Shown here in pieces: positions 9,942 through 19,371 of a stretch of DNA of 64,000 bases. Origin of the DNA: Clostridia bacterium. Its GTDB lineage: Bacteria; Bacillota; Clostridia; Christensenellales; UBA1242. Below the pieces are notes generated by a model that worked only from the letters and a program-made list of their open reading frames with translations, made no database searches and had not been told where the DNA came from. Made by a program: the position numbers and the translations under genes. The stretch's first letter is position 1; each line of letters begins with the position of its first letter. The stretch covers positions 1,638 to 65,637 of the forward strand of contig JAZUAE010000021.1 in assembly GCA_045637805.1 (NCBI GenBank). The letters are read 5' to 3'.

Positions 9942-11117
9942 ATGGAAAAAAGATTAAAAATATTAGAAACAATGGATGTTTATTTGCCAGATGTTGATGG
10001 TGTGATTAACTGTATGCATAATTATTGCTTAAGGTTAAACAACATGGCGGATTTGTCTGTTCTTGTACCTAAAAACAAAAGAGGATACAAAGATAATTTT
10101 CCATATGAAATAAAAAGATGTAATTCATTGTATGTGCCTATTTTAAGACAATATTGTGGTTTACCAAGCATGGATAATTCCGTAAAAAAATATTTAGATT
10201 CAAAAGAATTTGATATTATACACGTTCATTCTCCATTTGGAATGTTAGAATATATTCTAAAATATGCAAAAAAGCGTAAAATACCAGTTGTGGCGACATT
10301 TCATTCAGATATGCGAATGATTTTTAAAGATATTTTTAAATCTGATGTTATTGCTGATAGTGTTGTTAAAAAGTTTGGAAGATTGTATAATAAATGCGAA
10401 GAGATATTTGTATGTAGCCCACTAGTTGCTGAGCAAGCAAGATCTTATGGGTATAAAGGGAAAATTACTTATTTGCCATTTGGAACCGAACTTCCAGTTT
10501 GCAATAATGTTGAAGAACTTGCCATAAAAGCTAATGAATCTTTTGATTTAGATTCTGATATACCTGTTTTTGTTCATGTAGGTAGAGTAACAAAATTAAA
10601 AAGAATCAACTTTATTATAGATAGTCTAAAGATTTTGAAAGATAAAGGCGTTAAATTTAAATTTTTTATAATAGGTAAAGGATTTGAATTGAAAAAATTG
10701 CAAAAACAAGTTAAAAAGCTAGGCATGGAAGAAGAAATTGTTTTTACGGGATTTTTGGAAAGGGAATTATTTCCTCAAATTTTAGCTAGAGCAAATCTTT
10801 TACTGTTTCCATCCATTTATGATAATTTTGGTTTAGTAAAAATTGAAAGTGCTGCTTATGCGACACCTGGTATTTTTATTGAAAATACTTGTGCAGGTTA
10901 TGGCGTAACAGAGGGAGTAGATGGCTTTATATCAAAAAATGATATAAATGCGTTTGCAGAAAAAATAGAATTCGCTATAAAAGATTTAGAAAGGTTAAAG
11001 CAAATAGGTAAGAACGCGCAAAAAAACATTTATTCTAATTGGGATGAGTGTACTGATCAATTGTTTGAACAGTTAAAAAGAATTGTAAAGGAAAGAAGAA
11101 ATGAAGATAAGAAGTAG
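9942..11117 (+). CDS. Glycosyltransferase family 4 (GT-B)
   Basis: YLPDVDGV, DIIHVHSPF, VGRV...KRI, LLFPSIYDNFGLVKIES motifs. Confidence 0.85.
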   Translation: MEKRLKILETMDVYLPDVDGVINCMHNYCLRLNNMADLSVLVPKNKRGYKDNFPYEIKRCNSLYVPILRQYCGLPSMDNSVKKYLDSKEFDIIHVHSPFGMLEYILKYAKKRKIPVVATFHSDMRMIFKDIFKSDVIADSVVKKFGRLYNKCEEIFVCSPLVAEQARSYGYKGKITYLPFGTELPVCNNVEELAIKANESFDLDSDIPVFVHVGRVTKLKRINFIIDSLKILKDKGVKFKFFIIGKGFELKKLQKQVKKLGMEEEIVFTGFLERELFPQILARANLLLFPSIYDNFGLVKIESAAYATPGIFIENTCAGYGVTEGVDGFISKNDINAFAEKIEFAIKDLERLKQIGKNAQKNIYSNWDECTDQLFEQLKRIVKERRNEDKK

Positions 11118-12156
11118 AGCCCCTCTCAGAATAGGATTGGCTGGTGGTGGAACAGATCTTGAGTCTTACAGCAATCAGTTTGGTGGCGCAGTGTTTAATG
11201 TTACTATAGGAATGTATGCTCATTGCACTATTATACCTACTGATGATAATAAAATTAAAATTTATTCATACGACAATAAAAACAATCTAGACGTAGATAG
11301 TGTGCCACATTTAGAAATTAAAGACGACGTGTTAATCTTGCATAAAGCTGTATATAATCGAATAGTAAAAGATTACAACAACGGAGAGCCTTTATCATTT
11401 ATAATGAGTACTAGTAACGATGCTCCTATAGGTTCTGGTCTTGGAACATCTTCTACCATGGTAGTTGCAATACTTGAAGCTTTTAATAAATGGTTGTCTT
11501 TAGGATTAAATGATTATCAAAAAGCAAAACTTGCATATGAAATAGAAAGAAAAGATATTTCTCTTGCTGGTGGAAAGCAAGATCAATATGCTGCTGTTTT
11601 TGGGGGCTTTAATTTTATTGAATTTAAACAAGATGGGTTGGTTATTGTCAATTCATTAAGAATTGAAAAAACAATATTGAATGAACTGGAAAACTCTTTA
11701 CTTTTATACTATAGTGGAGTAAGTCGTAAATCTGCTGAACAACAATTGGTTTTAGCTCAAAATATTATATCAAAACAAATCAGTAATACGAAAACTAATA
11801 AATCAGATACTATTGATGCGATGAAAAATTTAAAAGAATATGCTTATATCATGAAGGATTGTGTACTAGTTGGTGATATAAAAGGCTTTGCTAATTGTTT
11901 AAGAGTGGGCTGGGAAAACAAAAAGAAAACTAGTAGTATTGTTTCTAATAAGGAATTGGAAAGCACAATAAATTATGCGATGGAAAATGGTGCTGAGGCC
12001 GTTAAAGTATCTGGCGCTGGTGGTGGTGGATTCTTGATGCTTTATTGTGATCCTTTTAATAGACAAAAATTAATTAATGCTATGGAAAATTTACCTGGAA
12101 AAGTTTATCCTGTAAAATTTTCAAAATATGGTGTAGAAAGTTGGGTGGTTGATTAA
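11101..12156 (+). CDS. hddA: D-glycero-alpha-D-manno-heptose 7-phosphate kinase (GHMP kinase)
   Basis: RAPLRIGLAGGGTD, PIGSGLGTSS, GGKQDQYAAVFGGFN, KVSGAGGGGF; adjacent to gmhA/gmhB-like genes. Confidence 0.88.
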   Translation: MKIRSRAPLRIGLAGGGTDLESYSNQFGGAVFNVTIGMYAHCTIIPTDDNKIKIYSYDNKNNLDVDSVPHLEIKDDVLILHKAVYNRIVKDYNNGEPLSFIMSTSNDAPIGSGLGTSSTMVVAILEAFNKWLSLGLNDYQKAKLAYEIERKDISLAGGKQDQYAAVFGGFNFIEFKQDGLVIVNSLRIEKTILNELENSLLLYYSGVSRKSAEQQLVLAQNIISKQISNTKTNKSDTIDAMKNLKEYAYIMKDCVLVGDIKGFANCLRVGWENKKKTSSIVSNKELESTINYAMENGAEAVKVSGAGGGGFLMLYCDPFNRQKLINAMENLPGKVYPVKFSKYGVESWVVD

Positions 12157-12157
12157 A

Positions 12158-13465
12158 ATGAAAGCTTTAATTATGGCAGGGGGCAAAGGAACTAGACTTA
12201 CTGAAATTACTAAAAATGAAATTCCAAAACCTATGGCTAAAATTGCGGGTCGTCCTATTTTAGAGTGGGCAATTTTAAATTTGAAAAAATATGGAGTAGA
12301 TGAATTTTATTTATCTGTAGGACATTTAAGTAATGTTATTATTGATTACTTTAAAGATGGATCCCAACTAGGAGTAAAAATAAATTATCTGCATGAAGAA
12401 ACACCTCTAGGCTCTGCGGGAGCATTGTTTTATTTAAAAGATAAGATTGATGGTGATTTTATAGTATGTTCTGGTGATGCTATTTTTGATATTAATGTAG
12501 ATGCTATGTTACAATACCACTTGTCAAAAAAAGCAATCATAACAATGCTTACACACCCAAATATGCATCCTTATGATAGTGATTTAGTAATAAACGATGA
12601 ATATGGTCGAGTATTGAATTTTGATAAAAAGAATTCAGTAAGAAATTATTACTATAAAAATAATGTAAATGCTGGGTTTTTTATTATTAATAGTAAGGCT
12701 TTGGATTATTTTAAAGAATTAAAAAAAGTTGCCATGGAATCCGATTTTATAGCGGATTTAATTAAAGAGAACAAATCAATTTATGCATATAAATCAACTG
12801 AGTATATTAAAGACGTTGGTACTCCAGAAAGATTTATTCAATCAGAAAAAGATATTATTAATGGTATAGTATCTTCAAAGAATATTCAAAATAAGCAGAA
12901 AGCTATTTTTTTAGATAGAGATGGGACATTAAATCTATACAAGGGATTTATTAATTCAGCAGGGGATATTCAATTAGTTAAAGACTGTAGTAAGGCTATA
13001 AGGAAAATTAATGAAAGTGGTTATCTTGCAATACTTGTCACAAATCAACCCGTAATTGCTAGAGGCGAATGTTCTTTTGAAGAACTTGATAATATGTTTA
13101 ATAAAATCGAAACACTCCTTGGCAAAGAAGGTGCTTACTTAGATGCTATTTATTATTGTCCACATCACCCACATTCGGGATTTGAAGGTGAGGTAAAAGA
13201 GTTGAAAATAAATTGCAATTGCAGAAAGCCAAAGACTGGAATGTTAGAAGCTGCATCTCGTGACTTTAATTTAGATTTGTCAAAATGTTATGTAATAGGT
13301 GATGGCAATGCTGATGTATTACTTGCAAAGAATGTTGGCATAAAGTCAATAAGAGTAAAGTCTGCATTAAAAGAGGATTATGTTGAACCAGCAGATTATA
13401 ATGCTAAAAATTTATTAGAAGCGGTAAATTTTGTGTTTGAAGGAGATAAGATTAATGAAAGATAG
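12158..13465 (+). CDS. Fused sugar-1-phosphate nucleotidyltransferase (HddC-like) and heptose-1,7-bisphosphate phosphatase (GmhB-like)
   Basis: N-terminal MAGGKGTRL...PKPM and DVGTPER; C-terminal HAD FLDRDGTLN, VTNQ, YYCPHHP, CNCRKPKTGML, IGD. Confidence 0.85.
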   Translation: MKALIMAGGKGTRLTEITKNEIPKPMAKIAGRPILEWAILNLKKYGVDEFYLSVGHLSNVIIDYFKDGSQLGVKINYLHEETPLGSAGALFYLKDKIDGDFIVCSGDAIFDINVDAMLQYHLSKKAIITMLTHPNMHPYDSDLVINDEYGRVLNFDKKNSVRNYYYKNNVNAGFFIINSKALDYFKELKKVAMESDFIADLIKENKSIYAYKSTEYIKDVGTPERFIQSEKDIINGIVSSKNIQNKQKAIFLDRDGTLNLYKGFINSAGDIQLVKDCSKAIRKINESGYLAILVTNQPVIARGECSFEELDNMFNKIETLLGKEGAYLDAIYYCPHHPHSGFEGEVKELKINCNCRKPKTGMLEAASRDFNLDLSKCYVIGDGNADVLLAKNVGIKSIRVKSALKEDYVEPADYNAKNLLEAVNFVFEGDKINER

Positions 13466-14099
13466 AACAATGACTTACATTAATAGATTTAAAATAGATA
13501 ATCCGCATTTGAAAAATTTTGAGTCAAAAATTATTGAATCAATTAAACTTATATGTGAAAATGTACAAAACAAACAAATATTAGTTTGTGGTAATGGTGG
13601 TAGTGCTGCTGATAGTGAACATATTGCGGGTGAATTATTAAAATCATTTGTATTAAAAAGAAAGGTAGATCAATCAAAACGAGACTTGTTGATTGAAATG
13701 TATGGCGAAGATGGTGAAGTTTTATCTGATGGTTTGCAAGATGGTATAAAATGTATACCACTTACATCTTTTACGGCACTAAATACGGCTTATATAAACG
13801 ATTGTAAGCCTGATTTACTATATGCGCAATTAGTTAATGTATTAGGTGGAAAAGATGATGTGTTAATAGCAATTTCAACAAGTGGTAATTCAAAAAATGT
13901 TTGCTATGCTGCACAACTAGCACGTGCAAAAGGTATGAAAGTTATTTCTCTTACAGGTAGAGACGGAGGAAAACTTAAGGAGTTGTCGAGTATACTATTC
14001 AATGTAAATGAGGAAGAAACCTTTAAGGTGCAAGAAGACCATATTAAAATTTATCATTTATTATGTTTGTGTCTTGAAAGTGAAATCTTTAAAGAATAA
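13455..14099 (+). CDS. gmhA: Sedoheptulose-7-phosphate isomerase (SIS domain)
   Basis: CGNGGSAADSEH, ISTSGNSKNV, LTGRDGGKL, VQEDH; ATG 13455 behind AGGAG. Confidence 0.85.
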   Translation: MKDRTMTYINRFKIDNPHLKNFESKIIESIKLICENVQNKQILVCGNGGSAADSEHIAGELLKSFVLKRKVDQSKRDLLIEMYGEDGEVLSDGLQDGIKCIPLTSFTALNTAYINDCKPDLLYAQLVNVLGGKDDVLIAISTSGNSKNVCYAAQLARAKGMKVISLTGRDGGKLKELSSILFNVNEEETFKVQEDHIKIYHLLCLCLESEIFKE

Positions 14100-14106
14100 G
14101 GTGTTT

Positions 14107-15081
14107 ATGGAAGAAGTAAAATTAACATTTATAGTCCCAGTATATAACGTCGAAAAATATATAAATGATTGTGTGGAAAGTTTAGTAAACCAAACATATA
14201 AAAATATTGAAATCTTGTTAATAAATGATGGATCAACAGATAATTCTGGCAATATTTGTGATCAGCTGGCTACAAAAGATAAGAGAATTAAAGTTGTTCA
14301 CAAACAAAATACAGGAGTATCAGATACAAGAAATGTGGGATTTGAAATTGCCACAGGTGATTATGTTGCGTTAGTTGATAGTGATGATATTATTCATAAC
14401 GAATACGCTAAGCTTATGTTGACTTTCGCTCTCGAAAATAAGCTAGAAATGATAAGCACTGGATTTAAGCGTTTTAAAGAAAATTGTAACAATAAACAGT
14501 GGAAAAAAATAAAAAAGCCAAAAAAAGAAACTTATAACAATTCTGAATATACTTATATTATGTTTAGTGGTAACGATTTAGCTTATGCAATGGCTGGAGG
14601 AAAAATATATAAACGCGATAAAATCGCAGATAAAAAAATGGATATAAATCTATCACAGGGTGAAGATATTATATTTAATTATTATTTCCTAAGAGATTGT
14701 GAAAATGTGGGACATTTAAATACAGATTTATATGGGTATTTGCAAAGAAAAAATAGTGCCGTTCGTTCTCGTTATTCAAAGCGAAGATTTGCTCTTATGC
14801 GAAAACTAGAATTACTAATGCAAGAAAATAAAGATAATATTGAAATGTATAATGCCATTGGCACTTGGTTATATTTTTCGGCACTAGAAAGCTTTTATAT
14901 GATGTTCAAAGAACAAGTTATAGACAGAGAAGGGTATATATTTTTATACAATATCTTAAAAGTGACTAAATCTTGTTTGAAAAAAAATAAAAAAGTTTTT
15001 ATGTGGCGAAGATTGTTTGCACCTTTAGGTGTAAGGTTAATAAATATATTTATAAAAAAAGAAAACAAAAAATCGATATAA
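14107..15081 (+). CDS. Glycosyltransferase family 2
   Basis: IVPVYNVEKYI..CVESL.NQTY.NIEILLINDGSTD, VDSDD, GED motifs. Confidence 0.9.
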   Translation: MEEVKLTFIVPVYNVEKYINDCVESLVNQTYKNIEILLINDGSTDNSGNICDQLATKDKRIKVVHKQNTGVSDTRNVGFEIATGDYVALVDSDDIIHNEYAKLMLTFALENKLEMISTGFKRFKENCNNKQWKKIKKPKKETYNNSEYTYIMFSGNDLAYAMAGGKIYKRDKIADKKMDINLSQGEDIIFNYYFLRDCENVGHLNTDLYGYLQRKNSAVRSRYSKRRFALMRKLELLMQENKDNIEMYNAIGTWLYFSALESFYMMFKEQVIDREGYIFLYNILKVTKSCLKKNKKVFMWRRLFAPLGVRLINIFIKKENKKSI

Positions 15082-15097
15082 AAATATCGATTTTTTT
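15067..15097. terminator. Bidirectional terminator between convergent genes
   Basis: AAAAAATCGATAT/ATATCGATTTTTT inverted repeat. Confidence 0.65.
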
Positions 15098-15098
15098 A

Positions 15099-15659
15099 TT
15101 AACGTCGTTTTTTAGAAATTGTCTTTTCCCATTTTTTTAGTTCGGTGATTACTTCATCTGCGGTGTTGCAGAATGTGAAGTATTTATATTGTTTTTTTGT
15201 TAAGCAGCCATTTTCAAGTAAGAAGTCGTTCATTTCTTTAATTTTGTCATAGAAACCATTAATGTTATAAATTATTACTATATCGTCATCAAAGTTGCTT
15301 TGTTTACTGTCGGTAATCATATAAAGCTCAGCAAGTGTGCCATTACCGCCTGGAAGCACGATTGTTGCATTTGTGTTTCTTAGTGCTATTTGTTGTAAAG
15401 CGAAAAGGGTGTCTACTATAATTCTGGAATTTGCATGCATTCCATCTGCTTCACTTGCATAAGGAACGGGAACGATAATGTCTACATGTCCATTGTTATT
15501 TATGTATGTGTTATAAACTTCACCGATAGCACCAGTTTTAGCACCAACACATATAATATCGTGTTTATTTTCGAGAAGTTTATGACTTAAATCTCTAATA
15601 CCTTCTACGTATTTTTTGTTAATATTTTTATTTACGGTCCCTGCAATAAATATTTTCAT
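15099..15659 (-). CDS. LOG family nucleotide phosphoribohydrolase
   Basis: LPGGNGTLAEL (PGGxGTxxE) motif and IYNINGFYD. Confidence 0.8.
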   Translation of the reverse strand: MKIFIAGTVNKNINKKYVEGIRDLSHKLLENKHDIICVGAKTGAIGEVYNTYINNNGHVDIIVPVPYASEADGMHANSRIIVDTLFALQQIALRNTNATIVLPGGNGTLAELYMITDSKQSNFDDDIVIIYNINGFYDKIKEMNDFLLENGCLTKKQYKYFTFCNTADEVITELKKWEKTISKKRR

Positions 15660-15711
15660 AACTATACCTCTTTGTTAATAATATCATATATTTTTAATTC
15701 TACAAAATGAT

Positions 15712-16620
15712 TTAATATCTAAAATCTGACTTTTTAACTGTAAAATTTGGAGTAAAATCGCTACTAGCACTGGATAATTCTTGTAAAAACACGTTGACAA
15801 AATTGTATTTATTTAAGTAATTTTCACATATTTTATACTCAATAGGCTTTATTTTGTATTTTAAAACAGGGTGGTCTTTGGCTTTGTGGAATGGGGTATA
15901 TTGACTCATAACACTAATATATGTATTATTGCCAAAGTTTTGATATATATAATTTAAAATATCTAAAGAGTTTTTGCTAGCGCCTGGTAAAATCATGTGT
16001 CTTATTATTACACCTTTTCTCATTAAACCGTTTTCGACAATATCAGCTGGTTGTTGTCTTTTCATTTCATAAAGTGCATCAATGGCAACTTGTGGGTAAT
16101 CAGGGGCTAGGGAATATTCTTTTGCAAGCGAGGAATCAATATATTTAAAATCAGTTAGATAAATATCTACATAACCTTCGAGAGATTTTAATGTATCTAT
16201 AGTTTCATATCCGCTTGTATTCCAAACGATAGGAATGTTTGGTTTATAAAGTTTTAAAGCTTCAATTATCTGTTTGCTATAGTGGGTAGGAGATACAAGG
16301 TTTATATTTGCGGCACCAGCGTTTTCAAGCTGTTTAAACAAGTCAGCAAGGGTGGCGGGTGAAATTTCTTTTCCCATACCGCCGCTGCTAATTTCGTGGT
16401 TTTGGCAGTATATACATTTTAGAGAGCAGTTGCTAAAGAATATTGCGCCACTGCCCTGCTTTTGGGTAGAATCGTCGCCACTAATTATAGGTTCTTCATA
16501 GTAATGCAACATTACCTTGCCGATTTTAATTTTTTGGTTTGCACCACAAAAGCCTATAGATTTAGTTCTATCTATATTACAATTCCTAGGACAAATAGTA
16601 CAATTTTTATCATTAATCAT
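15712..16620 (-). CDS. Radical SAM protein (PflX-like)
   Basis: CTICPRNC, EEP.ISG, CSLKCIYCQN (CxxxCxxC), YLTDFKY, IIRHMILPG; real start is ATG 16620. Confidence 0.85.
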   Translation of the reverse strand: MINDKNCTICPRNCNIDRTKSIGFCGANQKIKIGKVMLHYYEEPIISGDDSTQKQGSGAIFFSNCSLKCIYCQNHEISSGGMGKEISPATLADLFKQLENAGAANINLVSPTHYSKQIIEALKLYKPNIPIVWNTSGYETIDTLKSLEGYVDIYLTDFKYIDSSLAKEYSLAPDYPQVAIDALYEMKRQQPADIVENGLMRKGVIIRHMILPGASKNSLDILNYIYQNFGNNTYISVMSQYTPFHKAKDHPVLKYKIKPIEYKICENYLNKYNFVNVFLQELSSASSDFTPNFTVKKSDFRY

Positions 16621-16717
16621 GGAATAATTATAAAAAAAAATTGATATAAAAGTCAACAAAGCATAAAATAAATAAAAAAGACTTTGCAAAAATTGAAAAT
16701 TTATATATAATAGGCTT

Positions 16718-17302
16718 ATGGAATTACAGATTTTAGAATGGATAAATGCAAATTTACATGGTAGCAGTTTTATTAATAATTTTATTGCTATACTTTCAGC
16801 CATGGCAGATAAAGGGCTTGTTTGGATTATTCTTGGGCTTTGTTTAATGTTTTTTAAACAAACAAGAACTGCTGGGTTAACAATGCTTATTTCGCTTGGC
16901 GCAGGTTGGGTTTTAAACGACTTTATAATTAAAGAACTTGTGGCTAGACCAAGACCTTTTACCGAAAGTGCAGAATTAATGCAATTTTTGAATACTTTAA
17001 ACATGAGTATTCCAGACAGTTTTTCATTTCCATCAGGGCACAGTTTTGCATCTTTAAACTGTAGTGTTATCTTATTGTGTTTCTTTGGCAAGAAAGCATG
17101 GCCAGCACTTGCTTTTGGAATAACAATTGCTCTTTCTAGATGTTTCCTAGGTGTACATTATCCAACAGATGTGATTGTTGGATCAATGCTTGGAATTGGT
17201 TTTGCATTATTTTCATACTTTGTTGGATATAAATTTATTTGGAAAAAGATAATAGCATGGTGGGAGAAAAGAAAAATAAATAAAAATAAAAGTGAGGCAT
17301 AA
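16718..17302 (+). CDS. PAP2 family membrane phosphatase (undecaprenyl-PP phosphatase-like)
   Basis: K..VARPRP, SFPSGHS, SRCFLGVHYPTDV motifs. Confidence 0.9.
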   Translation: MELQILEWINANLHGSSFINNFIAILSAMADKGLVWIILGLCLMFFKQTRTAGLTMLISLGAGWVLNDFIIKELVARPRPFTESAELMQFLNTLNMSIPDSFSFPSGHSFASLNCSVILLCFFGKKAWPALAFGITIALSRCFLGVHYPTDVIVGSMLGIGFALFSYFVGYKFIWKKIIAWWEKRKINKNKSEA

Positions 17303-17315
17303 ACCTCACTTTTTT
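17288..17315. terminator. Bidirectional terminator
   Basis: AAAAGTGAGG/CCTCACTTTT hairpin between convergent stop codons. Confidence 0.65.
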
Positions 17316-19302
17316 ATATTACTTTATAAATATACATGTTTTCTAAGTATTCACGTTTATTATAGAAAATTGAAGCATTTTCTCTATACTTTCTATAATC
17401 TTCATCTGTTGCGGAAGTATTTTTAAATAAAATGTCAGAAGTGTCATACGAAAAGAAATTATCATCAAATATACCGCCGATTGTGGATATGAAAGATGTT
17501 TTAGTAATGTCTTCGCTAAACAGTGAAAACCCTAGATATAAGCCTGGTTTATAGTCAATACCAAGCACATCAAGTATCGTTGGTACAATAGTATAAGTGT
17601 TTGTAAAAGTTTCAATTTGTGTAGACATTGAGTCTAATTGCATTTTTTCTATAATTTTTTTGTCGTAAATAAACATTGGAACCCTATAGAGCTCAGTATT
17701 ATAAAGTTCTGAAACATTAAATCCTTTCATTACAGGAGATAGGTTTGTCATGAATGCGTAGTGGTCAGAGAATAGACAGATAGTGGTATCGTCTAATTGT
17801 CCGTTTGAAGATAAGTGATCGAATAATAAACCCACAGCCTTGTCTAGGTCCATACAAGCGGCTTTATAGTTAAAATAACAATCAAGGTAATATTCTTCAT
17901 CGGGTAATACGTAACCCATTTCCTCTAACTCTTTTTCAAGCTGAGCTTTATTTTCTTTAGCAATGAGTTTGTTTTCAGCTAATTTTTCGTTAGGTTGATA
18001 ATAATCGCCGTGTGTTGTTATGGTAGTTATGAATGATACAAATCTTTCACCCGATGTTGGGGCAATGTTTTCCATTTTATTTTCAAACATTTCGGAGTCT
18101 TTTACGGGATTGTTTACGGTTCCATTTTGGCCATCAAACTCAGGCATGTTTTCAAGGAAATATAAATTGTCAAAGCCAAATATTTTATGGGTTTTTTCTC
18201 TGTCATAGAAAGTTTTAGTGTTTGGGTGAAAATAACTAGTAATAGTGTTGTCTGTGTCAGCTTTGATTAAGTTTGCAAGGGAATGAGGGGTTGTTAGGCT
18301 ATATTTTTTGTTGTTTTCATCAACTACTGTATTAGAGATTGCCGTAGAGTAGCTTCCAAGCATCGCAATGCCTTCGCTGATGTTTGTTCTATTTTTTGAA
18401 AAGTGGTTATTAAATGACAGTGCTGATTTAGAAAGGTTGTAGAGGTTTGGAGTAAGTGTGCTGTCTATTCCAAACCATTCAAGGCTTTCACACAAAATTA
18501 CTATAACATTATTTCCATTGCTAATGCCTGTGTAATCGTTGGTTTTGCCGAGTTCAGACATTGTTTTTTGATCGCTTAAATATACCTTACTTGCATCAAT
18601 CTTTTGTTTACGCACAACTGAGCTTTCTTTTGCAATTAGGTTGTATCCGTCCATGAAATAGAAAGCAAGGGAACCAAATTTTTTAAAAGCAGCAATTTTA
18701 ATGTTTAAGTTTTCATAGAGATATAGGTCGCTATCAAAATATTCATATTGATAGTCGGTGTTTTCATCGGTGCGTTTTAACGAAAATTCACCAAGCCTAT
18801 AGAAAGATAAGCAAAATAGTATAGACATTGTAAATATGAATAAGGAAACCCATGCAAATCTGCGTCTAAGTTCACTTGTAGGTTTGTTTGTATGAATGCG
18901 ATTTATGAGACGCAAAAGAGTAATTGCTCCACACAGCATTAAAATATAAACCAATATAGATTGCCAGTTCATTACGTTTAAGTTAAATGCGCCTGCGGCG
19001 TCACCAGTATATTTAAGAAGATCGAAAGTAAATATATCGCCATAGATATGGAAAAGTGTTATATTAATGCAGCAGAATAACGCTTGCAAACCTAGAAGTA
19101 TTGATGCTGTTATGATTTTTGATTTTTTGCCGGGTATAATCATAATAATTCCCGCGAGAAGTATAATAAAACTTAAATCAAATAGAGGGTACTTCGGAAT
19201 GATCCCTATACCTAAAAATAAAAAGAGCACAATCTCAAAAAGTATTGTGAAAACAATATATGTCAATGTCATTAATATATCTTTTAAAATTGTGTCGCGC
19301 AT
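17314..19302 (-). CDS. LTA synthase family / sulfatase-domain membrane protein
   Basis: Five N-terminal TM helices, NVIVILCESLE, LTPNLY.L, T..SE, TTHG, LFSDH, RVPMFIY, PTILDVLG. Confidence 0.8.
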   Translation of the reverse strand: MRDTILKDILMTLTYIVFTILFEIVLFLFLGIGIIPKYPLFDLSFIILLAGIIMIIPGKKSKIITASILLGLQALFCCINITLFHIYGDIFTFDLLKYTGDAAGAFNLNVMNWQSILVYILMLCGAITLLRLINRIHTNKPTSELRRRFAWVSLFIFTMSILFCLSFYRLGEFSLKRTDENTDYQYEYFDSDLYLYENLNIKIAAFKKFGSLAFYFMDGYNLIAKESSVVRKQKIDASKVYLSDQKTMSELGKTNDYTGISNGNNVIVILCESLEWFGIDSTLTPNLYNLSKSALSFNNHFSKNRTNISEGIAMLGSYSTAISNTVVDENNKKYSLTTPHSLANLIKADTDNTITSYFHPNTKTFYDREKTHKIFGFDNLYFLENMPEFDGQNGTVNNPVKDSEMFENKMENIAPTSGERFVSFITTITTHGDYYQPNEKLAENKLIAKENKAQLEKELEEMGYVLPDEEYYLDCYFNYKAACMDLDKAVGLLFDHLSSNGQLDDTTICLFSDHYAFMTNLSPVMKGFNVSELYNTELYRVPMFIYDKKIIEKMQLDSMSTQIETFTNTYTIVPTILDVLGIDYKPGLYLGFSLFSEDITKTSFISTIGGIFDDNFFSYDTSDILFKNTSATDEDYRKYRENASIFYNKREYLENMYIYKVI

Positions 19303-19371
19303 ATAATTATAATATACAAATCTTTGCTAAAAAGCAACAAGATAAAAACAAAAAACGGCAGATGCCGTTTT

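Noticed and set aside
16621-17091. N-terminal 157 aa of the 459-aa ORF 15712..17091
   Set aside because: It is antisense to the PAP2 gene; radical SAM similarity and a promoter begin at ATG 16620
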